A stretch of 45,128 nucleotides of DNA, from positions 1 to 45,128 of the forward strand of contig DAIDMR010000235.1 of assembly GCA_027448865.1 (NCBI GenBank), given 5' to 3'. The notes beneath the pieces are model-generated. The model made no database searches and was not told where the DNA came from. It worked only from the letters and a program-made list of their open reading frames with translations. The DNA is from Vampirovibrio sp. Lineage in GTDB: Bacteria > Cyanobacteriota > Vampirovibrionia > Vampirovibrionales > Vampirovibrionaceae. A program made the translations under genes and the position numbers. Of the stretch, positions 37,901-45,128 are shown in pieces (the first letter of the stretch is position 1; every line of letters begins with the position of its first letter).

Positions 37901-38773
37901 ATGTCTTTAGTCCCCAACACCAATATTACCTCGCTGATTGCCCAGCGTCGGTTGGGAACCAATTCCAACAAGCTCAAGCAGTCGCTGGAGCGCCTCTCCT
38001 CGGGGTATCGTATCAACCGGGCCGCCGACGACGCAGCCGGGTTGACCATTTCCCAAAACCTGATGAGTTCCATCCGGCGGATGAATCAGGCCTCTCGTAA
38101 CACGCAGGACGGCATTAGCGTGCTGCAAACCGCGGAAGGCTCACTCAGTATTATCGGGGATAACTTGCAACGGGTGCGCGAACTGACCATTCAGGCCGCC
38201 AATGACACCAACGACGCGGTTGCCCGGCAATCTATCAGCAACGAAATCAAGTCATTGCTCAGCGACATCGACCGCATTGCGGCAGCGACCAACCTCAATG
38301 GCATTAACCTGCTGGACGGGTCAACCACCAGCGCTCCGGTTCAGATTGGGCCTAATTCCGATGCGGCCACCAATGTTCTGGATATCAGTTCGGCCCTGAC
38401 GGACGCCAGCGCCGATGGCCTGGGTGTGGTGGGCTCAGCGCCAGCCACCTTCCTGAGCATTGCGGCCATTGACTTAAGCTCCAGCGCAGCGGCTACCAGC
38501 TTTCTGAGCGATGTTGACACTGCCTTGAGCGCGCTCAACGTGCAGCGGGCCAGAGTCGGCTCGTTTCAAAACAATCTGGAAAGCGTAAGCAGCAACCTGG
38601 AACAAGGCGTGGAAAACTTTTCGGCCTCCAACTCCCGCATTCGGGATGTCGACATCGCCGCGGAGACGGCCCAGATGACCCAGTCGCAAATCCTGACCGA
38701 GGCGGCCACCACGGTGCTGTCTCAAACCAACCAGCTTCCCCGGCTGATTCTCAGTCTGCTGCAACGGCAGTAA
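37901..38773 (+). CDS. fliC: Flagellin
   Basis: ATG 37901 follows AAGGAG. N-terminal LERLSSGYRINRAADDAAGLTISQ and C-terminal IRDVDIAAETAQMTQSQILTEAATTVLSQTNQLP. Confidence 0.9.
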   Translation: MSLVPNTNITSLIAQRRLGTNSNKLKQSLERLSSGYRINRAADDAAGLTISQNLMSSIRRMNQASRNTQDGISVLQTAEGSLSIIGDNLQRVRELTIQAANDTNDAVARQSISNEIKSLLSDIDRIAAATNLNGINLLDGSTTSAPVQIGPNSDAATNVLDISSALTDASADGLGVVGSAPATFLSIAAIDLSSSAAATSFLSDVDTALSALNVQRARVGSFQNNLESVSSNLEQGVENFSASNSRIRDVDIAAETAQMTQSQILTEAATTVLSQTNQLPRLILSLLQRQ

Positions 38774-38865
38774 AGCACCGTTCCGGTTGAAGCCATTGAA
38801 TTTTTACTATCCCCAACCTGTTTGGATTATTTTGTGTTGCCCTTTCAACCAAGGAGACCCCGACT

Positions 38866-39057
38866 ATGCCCAAAAGCCCTATCACTTTTATGCCGGATAG
38901 CGCCATTCAACAAATCAACAGCCTGGGAGGGCCTGCCCTGCCAATGGGTGTTTCCAGCCAGACGCTGAAGGTGATTATGGAGAATCGGGCTGCTTCAGAA
39001 GCAGCGCTCTCCAGTTGCCGGGTGGCGCTGGCCATGGCCGGTCGAAGACGAACCTGA
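38866..39057 (+). CDS. Small hypothetical protein downstream of flagellin
   Basis: 63-aa ORF with a strong AAGGAG RBS, followed by a terminator. Confidence 0.5.
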   Translation: MPKSPITFMPDSAIQQINSLGGPALPMGVSSQTLKVIMENRAASEAALSSCRVALAMAGRRRT

Positions 39058-39086
39058 GCCATTCTGTTTCATCTAAATTGGTGCTT

Positions 39087-39125
39087 AAAGCCCCGCTGTT
39101 TACCAGGCGGGGCTTTTACTTTTTG
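39087..39125 (+). terminator. Intrinsic terminator
   Basis: AAAGCCCCGC-loop-GCGGGGCTTT followed by a T-rich tail. Confidence 0.7.
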
Positions 39126-39179
39126 TGTTTCCGGGGATGATGTCAAGAAATGTAACGGTTTGCCGCAAAGCCCTTCAGC

Positions 39180-39201
39180 CTATCGGCAACCTTGCCGATA
39201 G
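39180..39201. promoter_or_regulatory. 22-bp perfect palindrome CTATCGGCAA-CC-TTGCCGATAG
   Basis: Read directly. Each arm carries GCCGATAG, which resembles the sigma28 -10 element GCCGATAA, on opposite strands. Confidence 0.4.
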
Positions 39202-39574
39202 CAGGTATTGGATAAAAACAATTTCATTAAACTCCGGATAGCGCCATCGACAGCCGTGATTCCAAATCAGCGTATTGAAGCGCAAGCACCCGCTAAAGGG
39301 TGGTAAGCCAGGCGGAATCCTCCGGCCCCGTTTTATCCGGCTCAGGGTCATCAGGGATACAGGGAACACCAGATACCTTCTAACATTGAACATTTGTTGT
39401 TCACATCATCAAGGCTGGGAATTTGGCCTGCTCTGGTTTTCCCGCCCTGTTCGCCCTGGTTTTCGTAATTTGTTCATCAGCAGGTACGTTCATCAGGAAC
39501 TCATCGGGCTATCGCACTCTCAGGATGGGAGTGCCGGGTTCTAACACAGCCCATACAATGTAAGGAGACGTGGT

Positions 39575-39808
39575 ATGCAACAACAGCCGAGTCCTCAATC
39601 CCTTTCAAATCAGTCCAGCGCCTTTACGACTGCCCTCCATCACGGTGCTTTTAGCAGCTGGAAGCAGCAATATGGTCTGCCGCACACCGATAGTCAGGCG
39701 CAAGTCACCCAAGAGAATCAGCGCAGCCAGCAGATTTCAATTCATCTGGCCGATGTTGCCGCCAAGGCAGCGCTTCGGGCCAATCGCTCACCGGGCAGTT
39801 CCGCCTAG
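39575..39808 (+). CDS. Small Q/S-rich hypothetical protein upstream of flagellin 2
   Basis: 77-aa ORF with a TAAGGAG RBS. Confidence 0.45.
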   Translation: MQQQPSPQSLSNQSSAFTTALHHGAFSSWKQQYGLPHTDSQAQVTQENQRSQQISIHLADVAAKAALRANRSPGSSA

Positions 39809-39869
39809 GCTGGTTTGATAAAACAAACCAGAATCAGCAATCGGTCCGTGAGCAAGAGGAACCTGCCTT

Positions 39870-40712
39870 ATGACGATTACTTTAAACAGCAATGCCCTCG
39901 AATTAAACATTGCCCGATATATTAACCTGACCAACAACCGGCTGAACAAAAGCCTAGAGCGGCTGTCATCGGGCTATAAACTGAACCGGGCCGCCGATGG
40001 GGCTGCCCAGATGATGCTGGCTGAGACCATGAACACCCAGATCCGGGGGTATGATGCGGCCACCACCAATCTGCAACAGGGGTTGAGCATGGTAGAAACC
40101 GCCGATAGCGCCTTGCAACAGATTAACGAGCACTTGCAAAATATCCGGGAGATCGCCGTTGCGGCGGCCAACGGCACCAATAGTTCGGCCCAGTACACAG
40201 CCTATCAGGCCAGTTTAACGGCGGAACTGGCCGCCATCAACAGTATTGCCTCGGGCTCCACCTACGGTGACTTTAACCTGCTGGACGGCTCTATTTCCGG
40301 TGGATCGGCCTTTAACATTCAGGCGGGTCCCAATAGTTCAGATACCATTGATATTAAAAGCGCCTTTACCAACAACACCAGCGGTGGTAGCGGCCTTAAT
40401 ATTACCCAAACCACCCTGACCACGGCGGCCAACGCCACCACCCTATTGGGGCAAGTGGATACGGCCATCAACACCGTGACCAGCAATCTGGCCACCATTG
40501 GCGGCTTTCAAAACCGGCTCAGTGATCGAATGGATTACCTGAGCATTGCCAAAACCAACGTTTCGGCCTCACTCTCCTCCATTCGGGATACCGATGTGGC
40601 CGCGGAGTCCTCCAACCTGGCCCGATTGCAAATCCTGCAACAGGCAGGCGCCTATGCGCTGGCTCGGGTCAACACCTTCCCCAATATTGCCCTGTCGCTA
40701 CTCTCGGGATAA
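39870..40712 (+). CDS. fliC: Flagellin (second copy)
   Basis: LERLSSGYKLNRAADGAAQMMLAE at the N-terminus and IRDTDVAAESSNLARLQILQQAGAYALARVN at the C-terminus. Confidence 0.9.
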   Translation: MTITLNSNALELNIARYINLTNNRLNKSLERLSSGYKLNRAADGAAQMMLAETMNTQIRGYDAATTNLQQGLSMVETADSALQQINEHLQNIREIAVAAANGTNSSAQYTAYQASLTAELAAINSIASGSTYGDFNLLDGSISGGSAFNIQAGPNSSDTIDIKSAFTNNTSGGSGLNITQTTLTTAANATTLLGQVDTAINTVTSNLATIGGFQNRLSDRMDYLSIAKTNVSASLSSIRDTDVAAESSNLARLQILQQAGAYALARVNTFPNIALSLLSG

Positions 40713-40784
40713 CCGGGCTTCAGTCTGGCTGTTTCTCCATGCTGCCGTTGGCCTTTATCGGGCCGGCGGCGGTTGGCTGGCAAC

Positions 40785-41177
40785 TTAAATATGGGGATCG
40801 TCCGGGGCTTCAATCTCTTCCGGCACCACTGGCAGGTTTTGATAGGTCACCAGGGTGATCAGGGTGTCGGCGTCCACTGGCTGAGCGTAGGTTTCAGACA
40901 AAAATCGCCCCAAGGCCTCTGGTGTTTTCAAGGTGGACTTCAAACGCTGAAAATCTTCAGCGGTCAGTTCTTTCAGGGCGCATTGGCGCAGATCGCCCAC
41001 CACTTTGGCCTTGCGAATTTTTTTGTGATTCACCCGGATGTCCACAATTTCATCGGGCACCCAGTAACGATTTTCGTAGTACAAGCTGCCCAAACGGCAG
41101 GCCACGCGCAAGGCGTCGCAATCCTCGGCAATCACTTCCTCCCGAAATACCAAGGGCCAATTAATTGCTTTTGCCAT
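40785..41177 (-). CDS. Hypothetical protein (possible ASCH/PUA-like fold)
   Basis: 130-aa ORF. The KAKVVGDLRQCALKELTAEDFQ pattern is only loosely ASCH-like. Confidence 0.45.
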   Translation of the reverse strand: MAKAINWPLVFREEVIAEDCDALRVACRLGSLYYENRYWVPDEIVDIRVNHKKIRKAKVVGDLRQCALKELTAEDFQRLKSTLKTPEALGRFLSETYAQPVDADTLITLVTYQNLPVVPEEIEAPDDPHI

Positions 41178-41478
41178 GCGCTCAATACCTCACCGCTCAA
41201 CCGATTCTCAGGCATCCCTGCTTTTTTCCACAACAGTGTGGTAACAGAGCAAGGGCTTCCCTGTTCATAATACTTGAAGAAAGTACAGAAAAGTTTAAAT
41301 GGTAACAATGCGATCGATCCTACTTGATCCCGCTGTCCACCGCTCTTTTTCCGTTCTGCTTGGATCCATTGTAGTATATTTGCCGCTTGAGATCGCCTGA
41401 GGAGATCTCTATGCTGAATATACGGTAGTTTTGTGGATGAAGAGACGCTGGGACGCAAGCCCAGACGTTGCTTGAGTT

Positions 41479-41730
41479 GTGCTGAGTATGAAAAAAAGTC
41501 AAAAAACACGCATTCGATCACTGACTTCTCCCTGGATGTTGCAGGAAGGCCAGAGCCTGAGCCGAAATCAGGCCATTGCCCAGGTGCAAGACCAGTTGGC
41601 CTTGTCTGACGTCCATCCTCAGGCCCTGCGCCTGATTGAGCTCTTCAATATAGAGCCGGAAGAACTCTCGGAAGCCGGATTGTCCTATGAATCGCTCAAG
41701 GCCCTGGAACGTCACGCCCTGTTCATCTAG
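41479..41730 (+). CDS. Hypothetical small protein
   Basis: 83-aa ORF with no motif. Confidence 0.4.
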   Translation: MLSMKKSQKTRIRSLTSPWMLQEGQSLSRNQAIAQVQDQLALSDVHPQALRLIELFNIEPEELSEAGLSYESLKALERHALFI

Positions 41731-41738
41731 CGATATCG

Positions 41739-42572
41739 CTATTCTTTCACCCCGCCCGATAACAGACCCTGCATAAACTGTTTTTGCCCCATCAGAAAAA
41801 TCCCAATCACGGGCAGAATCGATAAGGTGGCCGCCGCCATCAGCACTGTCCAGTCGGTGGTGTCCCGAAAACTGCCCTTCAGGGTGGCAATGCCCACGGG
41901 GAGAGTGCGAATGCTTTCTGAATGGGTCACTATCAAGGGCCACATAAAGCTGTTCCAGGTGTTAATAAACACGAAAATGGCCAAAGCGGCCAGGGCCGGG
42001 GTGGCCAGCGGCAGGGCGATACGCCAGAAAATCTGCCAGGGGTTGCAACCATCCATACGGGCGGCCTCTTCCAGCTCCTTGGGCAGGCCATTAAACCACT
42101 GGCGCAGCATAAACACCCCAAAGGCCCCGAACAGCCCCGGCACGATCAGGGCCGCGTAGCTATCCAGCCAATGAAAGGTCTTCATCAGGAAGAATAGGGG
42201 CACAATGTTCACCTGCGGAGGCACCATCATGGTCATCAGAAACACAAAAAACAGCTTGTTTTTGTGAGGAAACTGCAAGCGGGAGAAGGCATAAGCAGCC
42301 ATGGCCGAAAACAGCACGTGTCCCACCGTGGTGACCACACTGACCAATACACTATTAAAGAAGTACAAGGCCATGGGGGCTTGCTGAAACAGTCGCCCGT
42401 AATTGTCCCAATGCCAGTGGCTGGGCCACAACCGGGGGGGCATCCGAAACACTTCATCCGGCCCCACCAAAGAGGTAATGACCATGACCCAAAAGGGCAG
42501 TAGCATCAGTACGGCCCCTGCGGCCATCAGCAGCACTATCCCGGCGGATTTCCAGCGAGCGCTCTGCATCAT
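41739..42572 (-). CDS. Carbohydrate ABC transporter permease (MalG-like)
   Basis: EAA loop EEAARMDGCNPWQIFWRIALPL and six TM segments. Confidence 0.9.
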   Translation of the reverse strand: MMQSARWKSAGIVLLMAAGAVLMLLPFWVMVITSLVGPDEVFRMPPRLWPSHWHWDNYGRLFQQAPMALYFFNSVLVSVVTTVGHVLFSAMAAYAFSRLQFPHKNKLFFVFLMTMMVPPQVNIVPLFFLMKTFHWLDSYAALIVPGLFGAFGVFMLRQWFNGLPKELEEAARMDGCNPWQIFWRIALPLATPALAALAIFVFINTWNSFMWPLIVTHSESIRTLPVGIATLKGSFRDTTDWTVLMAAATLSILPVIGIFLMGQKQFMQGLLSGGVKE

Positions 42573-43465
42573 GCCGTTTCATCCTCGTACATGACCCAAC
42601 GCTTGCGCAGCTGCCATTGCAGCAGGGTTAAGGCCAGAATAGTCATAAACAGAATATAGGCAATGGCTGACGCTGGGCCAATTTTGTAAAATTCGAAAGC
42701 GTTTTTGAACATCCAGTACACCAGCAACTCGGTGCTGTGCTCCGGCCCGCCTTGGGTCAGCAGGTACACCGAATCGAAGGCCTGAAAGCCGTTGATCAGG
42801 GTCATAATGCCCACGAAAAACAGGGTGGGGGTAATCATGGGCAAGGTCACCCGCCAAAAGGTTTGCCAGCCGGTGGCCCCATCCAGATGGGCCGATTCGT
42901 ACAAGGAGGGGGGCACCGTTTGCAACCCGGCCAGAAAAATGACCATATTGTAGCCAATGTCTTTCCACACCCGCAAAATCATGACCGCCCACAAAGCGGT
43001 TTTGGGGTCATACAGCCAGGGAATGGGCTTGTCAATCAGGTGAGCCTGCTGCAACAGCCAGTTAAACAGCCCGTAGGAGGGATCGTAGAGCCAACCCCAC
43101 ACCAACGAAACGCTAACCATGGGGGTAATAAAGGGTAGAAAGTAAGCCGCCCGGAAGAAACTCTGCCCCCGAATGGCCCGGTTGAGCCACACGGCCAGCC
43201 ACAAGCTCAACACCAGCTCCAGAACGCCGGACACCAGCACAAAGATCCAGGTGGTGCCAAACGACCGCCAGAACAGCGGATCGCTCAATACCGTCGTGTA
43301 ATTTTGGACACCCACGAACTTGGGCACTCCCAGCAGGTTCCAGTAAGAAAAGCTCAGGCCCAATGAGGCCAGAATGGGCATATAGGTAAACACCAGCAGG
43401 CCTAGCAAACAGGGGGCCAAAAACACCCAGGCCCAGCGGCGCTCTTGCAACTCATGGGCTTTCAC
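42569..43465 (-). CDS. Carbohydrate ABC transporter permease (MalF-like)
   Basis: EAA loop YESAHLDGATGWQTFWRVTLPM. Confidence 0.9.
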   Translation of the reverse strand: MKAHELQERRWAWVFLAPCLLGLLVFTYMPILASLGLSFSYWNLLGVPKFVGVQNYTTVLSDPLFWRSFGTTWIFVLVSGVLELVLSLWLAVWLNRAIRGQSFFRAAYFLPFITPMVSVSLVWGWLYDPSYGLFNWLLQQAHLIDKPIPWLYDPKTALWAVMILRVWKDIGYNMVIFLAGLQTVPPSLYESAHLDGATGWQTFWRVTLPMITPTLFFVGIMTLINGFQAFDSVYLLTQGGPEHSTELLVYWMFKNAFEFYKIGPASAIAYILFMTILALTLLQWQLRKRWVMYEDETA

Positions 43466-44832
43466 GGGCTCACCTCCAATAAAGCGTCCAGTTTGGGCTT
43501 CACGGCGGCCATGGCCGTGGCGGGGTCTTGCTGGCCATCCCAGACGGGTTCCAGGGCCAAGCCCAGTTCTTCGGCCACTTCATTCCAGCGGGGCGGGGTA
43601 TGAGTGGGCACACCCTGTGGGATCACCTCCAGAAAGGCCTGTCCGTGGGTCGGCGCTTGATCCGGTGACAAAAACGCCGCCGAGGAGGCTACATCGGGCC
43701 GGGCCGGAACGATCAGGCCGCTTTCGGTCACCGTGCGCACTGATTTCCGGCTGAGCAAATAGCGAATCAATTCAAAACTTTCCGCGGGGTGCTTACTTTT
43801 GGCGGAAATGGCGTAGCCGGACGCATCGATGCCCACCCGGGACTGTCCACTGGGGCCCACCGGCAAGGGCACTACATCCCACTGAAATTTGGCCTGCTCT
43901 CGAAACACAGGGACACTCCACCGCCCACTGACCAGCATGGCCACTTTTTGCTGCAGAAAGAGCTGACTCATACTGGTGCCGCCGCTCTCCACCTTTTTGG
44001 GGGCCACATGCCACTTGTGGCGCAAGTCGGCGTAAAAGCGCAGCCCCTGCAGCGCCTTCGGCTGATTCAGGGTAAATCGTCGTAAATCCGGGCTGAATAA
44101 GTCCCCACCGGCACTCCACACAAAAGGCAACCAGAATAAGGGCGGGGTGCTGTAAAAGGAAACGCCAAACTGATCCGGGTCGCCGTCGTTGTTGCGATCC
44201 AGGGTAAGTGTTTGGGCTACCTCCAGAAACTGCTGCCACGTCCAGCCCGCTTGCGGTTCCGCCAGACCGGCTTGTCTGAACAAATCCCGGTTATAAAAGA
44301 TCACCACATTGGAAATGTCTCGGGGCAGAGCGCCCACAATACTCTGGCCGTTGGGCTGCCGCCAGGTAAAGGCTTTGAGCGCTTGTGGATAAAACTGATC
44401 CTCTGACAAGCCATCCACAGGGCTATTCGGGACACCTGACACCTGGCCTTGGAGGGCCACATAGGGCCGTAAATCTTTGAAAATGCCCTGCGAAGCGTAA
44501 ATGGGGAAGCTGAGGCTGTTGGTAAAAATGACATCGGGAGCCATATCGCCCGCTACCAGAATATGCAGCTTTTGGTAGTAGTTTTCGGGGATGTGCAGCA
44601 GTTGAACCTGTATTTTGGGATGGCCACGCTCAAAATCCCGCAGTAGGGATTTCAAGACGGCCACTTCCTGAGCGCTTCCCCAGGTGGAGAGCTGAATCTG
44701 GATGGGTCTGGCAGTGGGGCGCGCCTGACAACCCACCACCCCCAGCAGCATCAGGCAGAGGGTCGCAAGCCCCAAAGTCTGCCTACTCAGCCGCTTTGTA
44801 GCATCCTTGAATTTTTGTAAACTTTGGCCCAT
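43462..44832 (-). CDS. Extracellular solute-binding protein (sugar ABC, lipoprotein-type signal)
   Basis: N-terminal LMLLGVVGCQ lipobox-like sequence. 456 aa with typical family 1 SBP composition. Overlaps the permease gene start. Confidence 0.85.
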   Translation of the reverse strand: MGQSLQKFKDATKRLSRQTLGLATLCLMLLGVVGCQARPTARPIQIQLSTWGSAQEVAVLKSLLRDFERGHPKIQVQLLHIPENYYQKLHILVAGDMAPDVIFTNSLSFPIYASQGIFKDLRPYVALQGQVSGVPNSPVDGLSEDQFYPQALKAFTWRQPNGQSIVGALPRDISNVVIFYNRDLFRQAGLAEPQAGWTWQQFLEVAQTLTLDRNNDGDPDQFGVSFYSTPPLFWLPFVWSAGGDLFSPDLRRFTLNQPKALQGLRFYADLRHKWHVAPKKVESGGTSMSQLFLQQKVAMLVSGRWSVPVFREQAKFQWDVVPLPVGPSGQSRVGIDASGYAISAKSKHPAESFELIRYLLSRKSVRTVTESGLIVPARPDVASSAAFLSPDQAPTHGQAFLEVIPQGVPTHTPPRWNEVAEELGLALEPVWDGQQDPATAMAAVKPKLDALLEVSP

Positions 44833-44930
44833 ACACGCCCTATCCGGATCAATTCAAGGGGAAGCCCCTTTTTATAAGTATAGTTGTTACAAGCAAAGCC
44901 GTTCAAAGGGAATTTTTTAGGACTACCACC

Positions 44931-45104
44931 ATGACCCTCCATCCTCAGCTTTCCCAAGTACTGGAACTGTATGACCCCCAACGGCTCAACGCCATCCTGC
45001 TTTGGCTGAACTCGGAATTCAAGGATATGTTAACCGGCCGTCAGATAGAAATCAACGACTGGGTAAAGCGGGCCAAGGGATTGACCTCCGAAGTCAAATC
45101 CTAG
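44931..45104 (+). CDS. Small hypothetical protein (57 aa, below the ORF-track cutoff)
   Basis: Hand-read ORF: MTLHPQLSQVLELYDPQRLNAILLWLNSEFKDMLTGRQIEINDWVKRAKGLTSEVKS. Confidence 0.3.
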   Translation: MTLHPQLSQVLELYDPQRLNAILLWLNSEFKDMLTGRQIEINDWVKRAKGLTSEVKS

Positions 45105-45128
45105 ACGGGCTGATTAGTCCGCTTCGTG

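Noticed and set aside
39175-39544. Two overlapping ORFs (72 aa minus strand, 89 aa plus strand) in the flagellin spacer
   Set aside because: They have no RBS, they overlap each other, and their composition is odd. I treated the region as non-coding regulatory DNA.

Overview
This 45-kb chromosomal window comes from a bacterium with cyanobacteria-type housekeeping genes (a Ycf45-like ATPase and an LdpA-like Fe-S protein). It also carries two flagellin genes, so a non-photosynthetic cyanobacterial relative (Vampirovibrionia/Melainabacteria-like) is a low-confidence guess. The main feature is a roughly 14.4-kb integrative island (about 2684-17112) inserted in a tRNA-Thr(CGU) gene. The island is bounded by the intact tRNA and by a displaced copy of the tRNA 3' half. 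From left to right it carries: a tyrosine integrase; an RHH-like protein; an excisionase-type HTH; a replication module (winged-helix protein plus Toprim/DnaB-type primase-helicase); an XRE-controlled operon of two nucleases and a small membrane protein; an RHH / SF2 helicase / small Cys-His protein operon; a 380-bp ORF-free structured region; ArdA anti-restriction; and an arsenic operon (arsR-arsC-arsI-ynfA-acr3 plus a CDF-like transporter). The two uncharacterised operons at 7770-12363 are my best candidates for an undescribed defence-type system, but this rests on domain content and genomic context only. To the right of the island lie ordinary chromosomal genes. These include a globin, a GT2-TPR glycosyltransferase, MarR-DoxX-pirin, a secreted beta-helix protein and a complete overlapping trpEGDCFBA operon. 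The trp operon is preceded by a 30-codon leader ORF with three tandem Trp codons and a terminator hairpin, which looks like classic attenuation. Further right are bacterioferritin, an LptC-like protein, a TPR protein, tRNA-Met(CAU), UDP-glucose dehydrogenase, two flagellin loci separated by an unusual 0.5-kb spacer, and a sugar ABC importer. I found no CRISPR array, rRNA gene or complete IS element. All calls come from reading the translations and sequence motifs by eye; no database search was run.
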